A stretch of 64,000 bases of DNA from Eledone cirrhosa (GCA_964016885.1 OZ024748.1:930001-994000); one strand, 5' to 3'. Positions 1 through 14,775 are shown, counted from the first letter of the stretch. Notes: generated from the letters alone by a model not told the origin. Numbers and translations: made by a program.

Positions 1-769
1 GTAATGAAATTTGATGTTTCTAGAAAACCGGTTTTATGTGACTGTTGCTATCCTGAAAACTGAAGCATCAATTTCTTGTTTGAAATAAGATATTGAACCT
101 TCATTGATTTTCGTCTTCTATATCAATAATGGAAATTATGAAATATACCTTGTTAGCTTTATAGTTGTATATATATGACTTGAAGTGTATGAAAACAAAT
201 CTATACAGATAAACACACGCATAGACTTACACATGTATATACATGATTTTATGACTCAAACCACCACATCAGACACATTAACAACACTTTTTATTCAGTT
301 GACCATGCATTTACAACAAGGAGCCATCACAGCACATTATAATGGAATATAACAAGCATTTTGAGGCCACATTTCCAGCAAAAGCTGGGGTTAGCCTTGT
401 AGGCTCCAAGACAGGTTTTGTATTCACCATGGGGTCCTTTTTTGAGGCAATGTTTTACTGCCGGATACCCTTCCTGTCACCAACCCCATTTAGTTTCCTC
501 ATATGACCTGCACCTATTCTAAATCAAAAACACTGTGTGATATTACTATAGTATCTTGTATCTGTGTGTATATGATTAGATGCATGTATGTATGTGTATA
601 TATAGATGTATGAATGTATATATATAGGTGTATGCATATGCAATAGTCTTATATGGAATGAAGGAAGGTGAATAACTATTATCGTCTGAGTTATCCTTGT
701 AGTTTTCCTTTTGTTTTTGTTGACTTTTCTAAAATACTGGTCTACTGTATAATTGTTCCCTATATATGG

Positions 770-880
770 AGACACTGTTCCCTAGGTATATATACAGTTC
801 CCTATGCATATATACACTGTTCCTTATGCATATATACACTGTTCACTATATATGGAGACACTGTTCCCTGTGTATATATA
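770..880. repeat. Short tandem repeat (tatatacactgttccctatgca-like)
   Basis: About 5 units. Confidence 0.7.
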
Positions 881-1025
881 CAAATGAATTGTTGTTTTGA
901 AAGCTAGTGAAGATTGAAACATATAGCTATTTATTTTAGTGTAATAAATAATTATATTCTCATAATCTTAGTATTGAGTTCTTTAGCTGAAAGTAGCTTC
1001 TAGTTTATAACTGACCATTAATATA

Positions 1026-1065
<40 letters not shown>

Positions 1066-1329
1066 AGAGTCAGGACCTGATACTTGCCATATATATTGAT
1101 GTATGGTGGTGATAGGGGAGATAGAAAACAAACAGACCCAGTTCCATTCTACATTATACAGGTGGGACAGCACAGTGAATGGGAGAGAGAGAGAGAGGGG
1201 GTGGTGAGTGATAGGTGAGAGAATAATAAATAAGGGAGTAGCTGAAAAGTTAGAAGGAATATCATATAATGGACAAGAGACCCAAATTAAAATATATTAT
1301 TCATACCAACCTTTATCACCACTGCCACT

Positions 1330-2250
1330 CTCTTAACAGCCATTTTGTCATACTAACACGGGATGGGTCTTCACCAGCAGCACTCATTGTGGCTCTTTGT
1401 TATCCTCTTTGTAAGGTTCAGCTTTTTGAGATTACCTTTCACCATATTGTGCCATGTCCCTTTTGGTCTCTCTCTTCCATAGGTTCCATTCACTTTGAAT
1501 GCTTATCTCTGCTTTATACAGTTGTCATCTTCCATATGTGTCACATGTTTGTACCAGCTCATTCTACTTTCTTGCACACTATCACAGATTCTTCTTCTTC
1601 TTATCTAGCTTTTCTCTCAAATCATTTGTGCTTCAGCATTCATGCACGCTAACATTGCACATCCAGCAGAGCATGCTTGCCGCTTCATTTCTTTCTAGCT
1701 GTTGTAAATCTTTGGCATTCAAGTCCCATGTCTTGCCACCATGCTGCATCACATTTTGTACACGTGCATTATGTCCCCTGTTGTTCTGAGAGAGAAACCC
1801 TTTGTTACCAGCAGAGGTAATAGCTTCCTGAAAATTTTGGCTGCTATGCTTTCAGTACATCCACCTCTATCACTAATTAGGTAACTTTGGTATAAAAAAT
1901 AAATAAGTAAATAAAGGCTATTAATTACTTCTAACGAGCCTTCCATGCATTTGAAGGGTTTTCTTTCATTGTTTTCTTATTGTTAACTACTCTTGTACAT
2001 CTGCTACATACAAAGTACCCTTTCCCTGTCAGGCTGCCTGCCATCTCAGTCCACCCTCTGTTCCCAACATCTCAGTCCTCTTTACACTGTATTGCAATCC
2101 AGAACACCTCATACCCTTGATCATCACATTGAAGAATAAATGCAACCTCTTAATTTATGTTTCCCTACTTGCTAAATATACTTGATGTCTAGCTTCTCTC
2201 CTAACTGCTTGATATTTTTCTCTGCTGCCCCCTTTTCTTAAAGAATTTCG
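1330..2250 (-). mobile_element. Degenerate RTE LINE fragment
   Basis: Minus-strand peptide ISDRGGCTESIAAKIFRKLLPLLVTKGFSLRT resembles the young RTE copy; many stops and indels; ends approximate. Confidence 0.8.
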
Positions 2251-2873
2251 AAGCAAGTCTTTTAGCTTTCATTGCTGTATCTACAGTACTATTCCACCAC
2301 CCTGTCACCTTCCATTTGGCTGAAACCTTGCACCAACCAGGGATCTGGTCTGCAGCCCTTAGTAGGGCTTCTCCCAAAGCAACTCCCTGTTGTCCTCTAT
2401 ATTATAAGCTTCTATCTCTTCCTCCTCCTTCCAGTCATATTTGTCAACTATATATTACTCTGAACTTACAAGAGCTCTTTCAGCTTCCATATCTTCCTTC
2501 TCTGGATCATGTTGTGACTTTGGATCTGTCTAGCTCTCACTTTGGAGTCACTAATCAATAGTTTATGTTGAATGCTCTATCCTTTAAACAGGGAAGGATT
2601 TAGCTTTTCATAGCATGTCTATTCTGTTTCCTGAAGTTTATCTGTCTGGTTGATTGACTGATTAGTAGGCAAGTAAGTGACTGGTTTCCTGAAATTGGTG
2701 TTGCAAATAGTTTGGTCATTTGCATCATAGAACTCCAGGAGCCTTGATCTCTCCTCATTCCTTGTGTACCATGTCTGTAGACTCCATATACCCTGGGGAA
2801 GTCATCATGGTGTTACCTAACATGTCCATTTAAATCACAAGTTGCTGACACATACCACCATGGTATTCTACAG

Positions 2874-2932
<59 letters not shown>

Positions 2933-2959
2933 GCACTCAAACACATAATCATTAGCATT

Positions 2960-3960
2960 ATCACCATCATATGAATTTTATGTCTGTTTTTCCATGCTTG
3001 CATGGAAAAGCATATATATATAAAACAGCATCTTGCCACTGGTTGCATTACTTTGTCATCTACTTTGTGAGGTTCAGCATTCTGAGATTAGCTTTCACCA
3101 TGTTTGCACATGCCTTTTTGCTCTTCCACTTGGAACACCTTGCACTTCTTCACCCAGCTGTCATTATCCCTACCGACACAGTATTCTTTTTTTGGCACAC
3201 AACATCCAGCTCCTTTTTTTTTTTTTTTTACCCAGTTTTTCTCTCAACTCATTTGTGCTTCATCGTTTATGCACACTAACATTACACATCTAGCTGGATA
3301 TGTTTGCTTTGTTCCTCTCCGGCCTTTACACATCCTTTGCATTCAATGTCCATGTCTTGCTACTATGCAGCATTGCGCTGTGTACACCCACCAGCATCAT
3401 ACAATCTCCCTTTGTTGTCAGCAGAGCTAGTATCTCCCTGAACTTCTTCCATCCTGTTCATATTCTAGCTATTATGCTTTCAGACTACCTTTTTCTACTG
3501 CTGATTAGGTCACTTAGTTAACCAAAGCTTTCAACTACTTCTATGGTGCTTTCAGAGCATAGGAAACATTTTATTTTATTGGTGCTCTGAGTACTGACTA
3601 ATTTTGTGCATCTGCCATGTACAAGAGAGTGTTGAAAAGTTTGGGGGAAATGGTTTAAGCAAAGAACCTTTCAGCACCCTCTTGTGTACAGTCTGTCTTT
3701 TCTGTTAGCTTGCCTGCAATCCCACTACATCTTGTGTCCCCATATTTTACATTGAGTACACTGTACAGAATTCCTACCTCCCCCTTTTCTGCATATTGAG
3801 CACAGCCATTTCCCTGATAACAACAGGGTCTTGTCTACTTTACTACCTACTAAAACCTTAGACTTTGCTAAGCTTATTCTGAATCCTTTTGATTCTAGAT
3901 TTTGTTTCCATGTTTGGAATTTCTTCTTTGGATCTTCCACAGATTCGGACATAAGAAATA
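2960..3960 (-). mobile_element. Degenerate RTE LINE fragment
   Basis: WKQNLESKGFRISLAKSKVL...KWLCSICRKGGGRNSVQCTQC matches the RTE ORF2 and its finger; 3' tail-like sequence near 2960-3005. Confidence 0.85.
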
Positions 3961-4799
3961 GATAGCATAAATCATTTATATATATATTTATGTATATAAT
4001 ATATATGTTATAAATAACATATCCAATATATATATATATATATGTATAAAATACATACATATATAAATTGTATATGTTCTCAGATACGTTTCACATTTCT
4101 CTAATATTTCAGCTGCAATAGAGGTGTATGCTTATGATTTTACTTTCAGGAACACGTTCTGTTTGTATATAACTTTTAACAGTTCCTATATCTTCTTGTA
4201 CCTTCTAAAATAATCTCTGTATAGGCCCAAATTTTTTATAATGAACATCACTTCGACTTGATTAATATATATTAACAAATACATACATATATATATATAT
4301 ATACGCATATTATTATTGTGACTGTAAGAGCTGTTGCTGGTAAGAAATCCATTATTTGATCCATCTGCATGGCTTAACTCATTGTTGGTCTCTGTTTTAT
4401 AACTTATCTCCCTTGCCCTGCCCTCTGAATTTCTCAATATTTTTTTCTGACATGTATTTGAAGTAAAATTATTCATATAATTTTGGTGTGCATGGGACTA
4501 TATAAATGTGTGTGTGTGCGTAATTTTAACAGGTTATAACTTTAAGCACAGAATTTCTGCTTTCACCCTTTGAAGAGATCTAAAATTCCGTGGATGCAGA
4601 TATTTACATTTCAAAATATTATTGGCAAATATCATCTTCAAAATTCAGAAATACATATTGGATGAATGAGAGAACATAAAGTATAACTTAGTTGCAGTTA
4701 TGAAAATAGAGTAGATTGAATGAATTATCTTAGTTATTAGCATAGAAGTGTGAAAAATTGACCTAGGCAAATTATCTGGTATAATCCACCATATAATTA

Positions 4800-5460
4800 G
4801 ATGTGGCCACCCCAATAGCAAAACATTTCTGTTAATTGGAAAGCATTTTTTTTATGGAAGATAAATACCATATGTTTAACAGAAATACTGTTAAAATATC
4901 TTACTACACCACATCTAACCATGCTCAAAATCCAGTTAGAAGAAATATGACTTCACTTTTGGCTTACATCTGCAGCTTGAAAGCCAGGAACATTCAATAT
5001 AGGTTATATTGGGAGACCTTGGCAAAGGCTAGATCTTATAAAGGTAACAGAAAACCTTGCAATCTTTGTACTGCTGAAGCACTGGAAAGGAGTGTATACA
5101 CGAAATTTTAGTATATGTGCAATAGTTCTTTTCACCCTGTCAAATGATGTAGAATTTATTATATCTAATTTATATTTATTCCTCCAGATGAAGTTTTACT
5201 TCAAATTCTCTCATTCATCTGTTATCTTTCTGAATTTTGAATATCTTGAAATATTTATGATGCGTCCACAGTTTTTAGAATATTTTAATTTCCAAAAAAT
5301 CCCCTGGAAAGGTGAAAGAAGCAATTCTGTGTTTAAGCTTATAATTTGTTCAAATTGGAAATATTTGTACTACGGATATATATGCTAATATATATGCATA
5401 TATATATATAATATAATATATACATATAACTTTTATCGAGTCATCTCTGGATTTTGAGTG
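4800..5460 (+). mobile_element. Decayed Penelope-like (Naiad-type) 3' fragment with a degenerate pLTR
   Basis: YHMFNRNTVKISY...YRLYWETLAKARSY...CNLCTAE is homologous to the 25505-26245 ORF; 5287-5457 aligns by eye with the hammerhead-containing segment at 44506-44645. Confidence 0.75.
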
Positions 5461-5524
5461 CTGTACTTATGTGTGTGTGTGTGTGTGTATATATTTATAT
5501 TTATATGTATATATATACACACAC

Positions 5525-5563
<39 letters not shown>

Positions 5564-5769
5564 GCACACACATATATATATATGTGTATATATACAAGTA
5601 TATATATAATTTGAAAGAAGTATGGTACATGGAGATTAGCACTAGGGCAATAATGGATTATGGTTATTTTTTTAAATATGTATATTGCATATTAATTTAG
5701 ATAATGTTTATAGGTTGTCAGTACTTCTGTACCTATTCACATATATGTATGTGTAATATATATATATAT

Positions 5770-5947
5770 AATGAAGGAATTGTGGTAAGGAACCAGATGG
5801 ACCATAATGCACCAAAGTACTCAATACTTAGGGTAGTAGAGTGGGTAATAGGAACAAGTATGTCCCCGACAGCAGAGCTCAAGCCGTTTCAACGGCTATT
5901 TCCGTCGAAACGGCTTGAGCTCTGCCGTTGGGGTCATACTTGTTCCT

Positions 5948-5949
<2 letters not shown>
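5770..5949 (-). mobile_element. Short fold-back element: 48-bp-arm hairpin (5848-5949) plus ACTCTAC..GTATTGAGTAC tail on the minus strand, inserted in (TA)n
   Basis: ataggaacaagtatg...catacttgttcctat inverted arms with a 6-nt loop; tail motif at about 5816-5843 (minus). Confidence 0.6.
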
Positions 5950-5981
<32 letters not shown>

Positions 5982-6186
5982 GTGTGTGTATGCATGTATG
6001 TATGCATATGTGTGTGTGTTTGTGTGCATACAATCCAACTGAGTCACTCACCTCAAGTTAGTCAAAAGCGCCCTTGCTGACATCTCTCTGTTCGCTTGAG
6101 TTCTTTTTTATTCAGATCATATCTATATTACATTTTGATTAGAGTAACTTTGTATTTTTTCTAACTGTATTCCTGATGCTTTTATT

Positions 6187-6218
<32 letters not shown>

Positions 6219-6259
6219 CACACTTAGCATGATAGAATGTAAATGTTTATTAAGTACCG

Positions 6260-6313
<54 letters not shown>

Positions 6314-8579
6314 TTATATATATAATATATACAGTATACTATAAGATGGTAAGTAAATATGTTTTTTTTTTTTTTCCTCTGTTATTGTCCTTCTGCTCTG
6401 TTTTACTCACATATTAACGCATTCATGGGGTTTATCTGGTGTCAACTTTTTAAAACATGGAAGAATATTAGATGAAGTTTTTATAGTGCAAAATATTCAC
6501 TCAAGCTTTTTAATAAAACATGCTTTTACCTGACATTGTTTTAATCCATGGCGATTCATGCAATATTTTCAAGTGTTCTTTGTGATCCTTATTTTTTAAA
6601 TATTTGTTATTATTATTATTATCATTATTATTATTCTTTTTTTTTTTTAAACAAATTTGAGCCATTAAAAAAATTATTTCATTTGCTAAATTAAATTTGG
6701 TATGAATTTTAACAGTGAATATAACAGTAGGATAGCTTGATTTCATATATCATTTTAACATTTTTTTTTTATTTGTATTGTTTGTCAGTTTTATAACCCA
6801 AGGTAAGTATTAGCTCTTTAATAGGCTTATGTGTAATTTGAGAATTAGCAAATCGTCTTTCTACAAATGTATTTCTAGAATTTGGTCAAATTAATCATAG
6901 AACAAATAACTGCAAACATACATACAGGAAGGCTTTAATATTTTTTTTTATTATTTGATTTTTTTTTTTTTTTATCATATAGTTTGAAATTAGGTTCATT
7001 TCAAACATTTTAATAGTCTTATGTGCAATTTGAGATTTATTTATTAATTAATTATAGAAAGCAAATCATCTTTCTACAAGTATATCTCTAGATTGTGGTC
7101 AAATTAATTATACAGCAAATGATTGCAAACATATTCCTTGTTTTGTTTTTTCATCCCATAATATAGTTTGGTATTTTTATTTCCTAAAATCAATAAACAA
7201 AGGAAAAACCAGTACATCATACAAATACTTCATGGTTCAGGTGAAACAGAATGAAGTGTGTGTTACCCCAAATGATGGTCATGGGGATGAGCGGAAACAG
7301 CTCAACTACCTCATGGGGCTTGGTTTTAGATAACCATCTCTAATTTGATCAAACTGGGTTGTGAGGTGAATCAAGGGCAAGGATGCCAGAAAGGCCCAAG
7401 AAACCTATCAGAAAATGGCCAGTATTTTGTCTGCTTGGGGTTTTCAGCCTGCTGGGTGGTTAAGTCTAAGGCTTATTTCACCAGGTTGTTGTTGGGGAAA
7501 GCACCACTGCAGATCACTTCCCAGCTACAATGGGAAACTGATATGTCTAAACTGTGTGAAATGATATCATTAATTATTGTTTGAAATTTAGTTCATTCTA
7601 AACATTTTAATAAAAACTTCTGCTATTTCATTATAGTAGAGCCTTCTAAGCCATATATTCTTGTCTTGAGATATTTTTGGTCATATAGTTCTATAGTTTA
7701 GTTTAGTTGATGGATGGGGTGGAGCATGGCTGGGAACATCATTTTAAGTTATCTGGAAAAATGTCTTGTTTAGTATGGATCATAGATGTGTGTTTATTCA
7801 TACATTTTGTTGTAACATCTCTAATTGTTAAAATACTCATATACAGATATACAAATGCAATATATATATATATATCTGACATACACACATACACACATAT
7901 ATAAATACTTATATATATATATATATATATATACACTAACATACACACATATAGATCATGAATGCTTTATAATCTCTTAAGATTCTTTGTGTAACCGTTG
8001 TACTTGAAGTGTAGTATCATCACATTTCTCTTCATCTCTTCTTCCTCCTTTGCTGCACATTTGCTAATAATAAGCTAAATAATGATGATGTGTTGGTGTT
8101 CCTCTGCTAAATGCATGTCTTCTTGTTATTATTATTATTATTATTATTATTGTTGTTGTTGTTGTCGTTGTCAACATTTGACAGTAGTGTGTGGCTGCTA
8201 GTAACAACAATACCAGCTCTGCCTAATGTCACTTTATATATAGTATTTGTTCACTTGAAGAACAACATTATAGAAGTAAGATACTACTACTACTACTACT
8301 ACTACTACTGGTCATATACTGCTGATTCAACTGTAGTTACTAGTAGTTACAACTGCATCTCCATCATTTTACCTGTGCTTCACAATGAAACGGTCTATAA
8401 TTGATATTACATTTAGTTGGGTTGTTTTTTTTAAGAAAAAAGCAGCTTCTTATACATGTATTTTAATAGTTGTCATTTGAAATTTAAATAAAAATTAGTT
8501 TTCATATTTTTACAATATTTATGAAATCTAATTTTCTACCATTCTTCTTCATGATTTCTTTTTTATTCTATTTTCTTAA

Positions 8580-8828
8580 CCCTTTTGTTACCATTTTTCT
8601 AATCAAAAAACGCTGCTGTTAATTTTCTAATCGTTTTTTAAAATATTCAAGAATTTTTAGGGATTTAGTAATATAACTTTCTCGTTAATAATCTGATGTT
8701 TGGAGCATAACTTAATTAAGGTTATTTCATAAAATTATGATGGAAGGTTTTTTTAGATAAATCTGAACACTTTGAAATAAACATAATTGTATCATCATAG
8801 AACCAGGGCTGGTTTGGTATCAAAAGGG
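8580..8828. mobile_element. piggyBac-type MITE
   Basis: TTAA|CCCTTTTG ... CAAAAGGG|TTAA; internally similar to 51670-51915. Confidence 0.8.
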
Positions 8829-9458
8829 TTAAGTATTGATTCTGATAAAAATGTTCAAACTAATTACAGTTTGAGCATTTTTCTCTCTTAGCTTTTTATT
8901 TGATTACATTTTAGCAGTGAAAGGGATTATGAAGGCTGACTAACACGTTGACCTCACTATCTTTCTCTCTCTTCTTGCGAACAAATTCTATTCTATGTGG
9001 CACTCTTTCTATGGTAGGCTGCTTCTAGTACACCTTTTCTAATTTACTTTTAACTCGTCATCTTTTTAATTGTCATTCCTGTAGCATCTACGATTCTTCG
9101 TTTCTTTTTAAAATTCTTTCTATAAAAGTTTGTTCATAAAAAGAAAAAAAAAATGTTATATCACTAGCATTTAATGTAGCTAATCTTTCTCTGTCTATCT
9201 CTCTTTAACTATTTTTCTCTCCTCGTTGCTTGCATACTTTTAACAATGAATTATTATTATGTTTTTTTTTTTTACTAAAAGTATTAGCTTAGTTTGTTAT
9301 AAAGCTTAACTTTCCACCTTTAGACTATTAATATTTCAGTGGGGCTAACTGCTGTCTAAATCATTCATTCTGCAACAAATTTAACATCTATTTTGATTTA
9401 TCACTTAACATATTTTTTTTTATATTATCATCAATATTAGTAGTAGTATTTTTTCATT

Positions 9459-9492
<34 letters not shown>

Positions 9493-9664
9493 CAAATTAT
9501 AATTTTTTGTTTATTATTTTTATTCTGTCTCATCTTTGTCACATTTTCATGTCTAAATTAGTATATGTATTGTAGCTAATATATATTTTTTTTTGTTTTT
9601 ATTTTTTTATATAAACATTTTTTTTTGTTTCAAATATATATGTGATGATGAATCTTATGTGAAA

Positions 9665-9706
<42 letters not shown>

Positions 9707-10131
9707 ACATTGCCATGTTTGTATTTGTAGTTTTTTTTTGCATATATATATTTCTGTGAGTGCCTCTATGTGTGTGTCTGTGTGTCTCTGGGTGTGTGTG
9801 TGTGTTGACTAAGATAGCTAAAATGGAGAATCACAAATGAGTGCTTTGATAACGAAGATTGGTTGTTACAATAATTGTGCATGTGTGCCTTTCACCATAG
9901 TTGTTCTCTCTCTCTCTCTCTCTCGTTAAAAAAAAAATCTAGGACCCCCTTCCCCCCTCCTTTTTTTTTCTATAAGTCTGCTGCTGCTGTTTCTCCTGCT
10001 AACCATTCACTCACCGAATTGTGTTATTTAGGAGTTGTTTTATTTGTCATTATGCAATTGCTCATGAAAAAAAAAAAACAAAGAAAAATTTCTACATCAA
10101 TGCTTTATTTTTTCCTACTTCTTTTTCCTAC

Positions 10132-10174
<43 letters not shown>

Positions 10175-11464
10175 ATGGGTTTTTGGGTGTTGCCTTGAAT
10201 ATTCCTTGTGTAGCCTTTTGTGATGTCTTTCTGCTTTAATGTTTATACAGTTGACTTATCTCCTCCTGTAGAGGTTTACTTTTCTAATGCAAGGATCATG
10301 TTGCATCAATTATTCCCTATACCAGTGTCAATCTCCTCTCCTTTCTTTCATTTTAATTTATCCACTCCAACCAATATATTATATTATACTATATTATATT
10401 CTCTGTATTATGTTTATTTATCTGCTTGTTGCTATTTCCTTTTTCCCTTCATCTCAACCTTTTCTTGATATCATGTTTTAATCTCTAGTAAACGTTAGCA
10501 TAACCCAGTGAATTATTTATGAATTTTTTTAATTATATAACACACATGTTCTCTCTCTATCTATCTATCTATCTCTCTATCTCTCTCTCATGGAGGGTCT
10601 CTTAATTGTTGTCAATATCAATGTTTTGTCCCTGTTTGATTGGACAGATATTAGAAGAAACTGCCATGAACATGTTTATAAACCAACTGGACTTTTAAAC
10701 AAACTACCATGAACTTGTTTTTGTCCTACAGGACTTGAGTGACATATATATACTAAAAAATTTATATTCTTCAGTTGGCAGGCTTTAAAAACCTGCTTCA
10801 AACTTGATTTGGTGTTTAATGTTAGCTGAGAGAATTGTGGCATGTTTTAGCTACTACGATCAGCACTTCTTTTTACATATATTATATATATTAAACAAAC
10901 GCCACCTCTTTCAATATATATTAAACAGATACCACTTCTTTTAACATATATTAACAGACACCACCTGTATTTATATACAATAACAATCACCACCTCTATT
11001 TACACGCATATATATATAATACAAACATATATATAATACACACATATATATAATACAAACACCTCCTCTCTTGACATATATTAGACAAACACCATCACCA
11101 TCTCTCATTTGTACTTTCCTGTTACAATTTATCCCCAAAATTAACTTTGTCTACCCCTAGCTTACAGTACTTTACACTGATGTTAATAACATATGTTACT
11201 AAGTTGCTGAGTAATATATGTAGCAATATCTGCTTCAACACACAATTTCACATTAAAAATCTTGAAAAACAAATACAAATATATATAAATACCTTTACCA
11301 AATGACTCTTACTTCCTTGCTAACTCAATGACTATACAAGGATGTATGTTGTTCTATGGACAGGTGTGTATACATATACACACATATATAGTCATTAATA
11401 GTGAACATATTGTGGCTACAGAAACTGTTTATATATATATACACTGAAATAGTTCATATACATA

Positions 11465-11639
11465 CTGCATATACTCATGTATACCGTAAGACCAGTAGAT
11501 GAGGCATACCTTCAATTTACACAGCATTTACTTGTACCATATATTGTGAATTGAGGATGTATATGTCCTGTAAATTCACAAGATGATTATTCACATATTT
11601 TCATTGAAAAATGTGTGACCTATACACAAGTATATACAG
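11465..11639. mobile_element. pogo/Tigger-like MITE
   Basis: TA-flanked imperfect TIRs ctgcatatactcatgtata / tatacacaagtatatacag. Confidence 0.55.
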
Positions 11640-11830
11640 TATATATATATAGATATATAATGTTAATGAAAGCCATACTAGATCATAACAATGAAATAGA
11701 TACTTGTTTCCACAGAGACCTCTTGAAAAAAATACATAAATGTAAACTGAAATATTCCTCACCATAACTGTCTTATTTTAGCCCTCTTACAAAGGTGACA
11801 TTGTGACCCAGAAACATATCATTAAGGACA

Positions 11831-12050
11831 ATGGATTGGTAGAGTCAGTAAAGCATCAGACAAACACTTAGCTGTATTTGTTACAGCTTTTTATGTTCTG
11901 AGTTCAAATCCCACTGGGGTCAATTTTTCCTTTCATCCCTCTGAGGTTGATAAAATAGAGTACCAGTCAAGTACTGGGGTTGATATAATTAACTTTACTC
12001 TCTCCTGATCCCCCATGAGTTACTGGTATTGTGCCAATGTTAGAAAGAAT
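11831..12050 (+). mobile_element. SINE, second family
   Basis: gagttcaaatcc...cctttcatccctctgaggttgataaaatagagtaccag. Confidence 0.7.
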
Positions 12051-12652
12051 GAATTATAGTGGATTGACAGAATTGTTGAGAGTATCAGGTATTTGATCCA
12101 GCTTTTTGCCTTCTATGTTCAAATCCTGTTCTACCCTACTTGAGCAGTAGACTTAATCTGTCACCTAAATCTTGGATATCTTTAGTGGATTCCATTTTGT
12201 TGCAAGCATTTAGATCATGCTTTTGATTAGTGGATACCTTCTCCCCACCTAAATCAAAGGCCTTAGAAAGGGGTATGGACACCGAATGACGGTGTCCATA
12301 ACCCTTCTTGACTAAGCAGTAAAACAAACCCCCAAAAAAACATGAAAAGTATAGGTTTAGCATAGCTAACCTTCTCATGAAGCAGTTGTTGTCTTTCAAT
12401 CCTACCTATAATTGATTCAACATTGCTTCTAATGCTGTTGTGAAAGGCATAGTGAGTGTTACAACTTGCTGAAATATATGACCAACTGTTTATAAGTAAG
12501 TGAACCTCTATTGATTTTAATGATGAGTGTTGTGGTTGTTCTCATCAACTGAACTACGTATGCATTGACTTTTAAAGGAACTGTGTCAGCAACCAGGTCA
12601 GAAAGAGGGCCATGAATATTTTGGCCCTATGATATTATTTTGTCTTTTCAAT

Positions 12653-12845
12653 GGGCGGTGGATTGGCAGTATCGGTAGAGGGTCTGACGCCATGCTTTGC
12701 AGCAAAGAGTTACGCCCCTTTATGGTTTGAGTTCAAATCCCGCCGAGGTTAACTTTGCCTTTCATCCTTACGGGGTCGATAAAATAAAGTACCAGTAATG
12801 CACTGGATAATTGCTGGCCTTGTGCCAAAAATAGAAACAATTATT
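12653..12845 (+). mobile_element. tRNA-derived SINE, second family (central gcctttcatcctt..ggtcgataaaataaagtaccag domain)
   Basis: Box B gagttcaaatcc; related copies at about 11831-12050, 13707-13935, 13940-14280, 17027-17235, 19549-19700 and 63355-63535. Confidence 0.75.
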
Positions 12846-13706
12846 TTGTCTTTTCAATTGCTAAGCTAATACTGCCACAACATCATTGCTTCAGATTCAA
12901 CACTCAATCTTAAAACTATATTTATTTATTAAGTTTGATCTTCACTCACACAACAAAGAGAGGTTGTTTGGGCACAGCTTAGCTTGCTTTTAAAACAAAA
13001 TATTAACCACCATCACGATTTTTCTCTACTCTGTTTCCATATTCTCATCACCACCTCTGTTAGTCACAAACATACACACATACTAATTCTACTTATTTCA
13101 TCAAGGCTGTACAATTTCACCTAATTAACAAGTGCAATGAACCTTGTTTGATAGAATTTAGCCCTGACCCCCACCCATCATCATTGATTAGTGAGAAGGG
13201 GCTGAAGGTTTCAAACAATATTAAATTTGTTGTTGTTTTTTTGTGTTATTTATTTATCTATTTTTTGTTTAAACATTGGTAAGAAGTGACTTCAGGTAAG
13301 TTATCTTCTTCCCATTTCATTTCTGTCATATTTTTTAGTTCTTTTTTCTTTTTCTTTTTCTTTTTCTTTTTTTTTCTCCCTTAAACTTTGCTATAGGTGA
13401 GTGTGGTTGTGGGTGTGTGTGTTTTGCATTCTAAACTTATTTAAATATAATTAAAAAAAACAAAAAGAAACTAAATTGAAAAACCAATGATGTTAGAACA
13501 TTCTTGAAGTTTTTCTCAATTGCATGTCTTCCTAAATTTTCAATAACACATCATCACCATCATATTCATCATCAACTATTCCATTGCTAATGATGTGGTG
13601 GCTGTTCTCATTATAATAGAGATTGTAGCTTATAATTCACTGTCCTCCGTTTAGAGTAGAGATAATTTTGATTAAATTATTATTATTTCTATTATTATTA
13701 ATGTTG

Positions 13707-13935
13707 TGGGGGCAGTGGATAGGCAATGTCGGTAGACGGTTGGACATCAGACATGCTTTGTGGCATATAGATATGGCCCTTTATGATTTGAGTTCAAATC
13801 CCGCAAAGGTTAGTTTTTCCCTGTTATTTTACAGGGCTAATAAAATAAAGCATCAGTAACACACTGCGGTTGATTTGACTGATTTTATTTTTCCCTTAAA
13901 ATGACTGGCCTTGTGCAAAATGTAGAAAGAATTAT
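13707..13935 (+). mobile_element. SINE, second family (further decayed copies follow to about 14280)
   Basis: Colinear with 12653-12845. Confidence 0.7.
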
Positions 13936-14775
13936 TATTAATGTTGTGCTAGAAAAATTGTCTTGTAGTATTTTTAGTGATGTTCGGGGTTTTAATCCTC
14001 GTGCCCTGGTCAACTTTGGTCAATAAAATACCTGCCAAGTACTGGGGCAGATATGATCAAACCCCTCACTCAAATTGTTGGCCTAGTGTCTAATTTATTA
14101 TTATGTCCAAATCATTTTTGTAAGAGAAAATGCCTTGTATTTGCTTTAGCTCTTTACGTTCTTTAAATCTGCCCGAGGTGACCTTCCAGAGTTGACAAAC
14201 TGACATTCAAGTATTGGGGTTTATTTAGTTGACTAACCCCTTCCATATTTCTGGCCTTGTGCCTCTGTTAGAAATGTCTTGCTAACGCAGTTTCATGTGA
14301 CACAGAACATTAAGAGTTATATTAGAGTTCAGCTATGGACATATTTGAAAGATAAGGTCCCTGAGCAGCTTGAAGGTGATAGATAGGAGTTGGTTATTAC
14401 CAGTCCTCCCTAGACCACACCTACAATCTTGTTACCTTCGATATGTATGAATACTTCAAAGTGAATGTTTTTGTATCTTAGACAGGGATGGGAGTTGGCC
14501 TTAGATATGCTAATATCATAAGGGTTAAACACCTTTTACTTTAAAAAATAGTTTATGTATATATATATACAGACAGTTTCATATAAATATGCAATGTAAT
14601 ATGTTTATTGTACATAAGAGAGAATGCATTGAGAGCACTACTTCTTGTATGTTCCTTTTGTATTTCTATTGAAACTCCACTCATATGATCGCTGTTCATT
14701 ATTAGTTTCCAGTCCAGCCAAAATAGTATTTTTTATTGCATGGTAATTTTATGTTTGTTAATTTCAATTAATTTG

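Noticed and set aside
902-928. AGCTA-GTGAAGA-TT-GAAA-CATA-TAGCT hammerhead-like relic followed by AATAAA and GTATTGAGT
   Set aside because: Core C3 is mutated and stem II is absent; possibly a dead pLTR but too degenerate to call.
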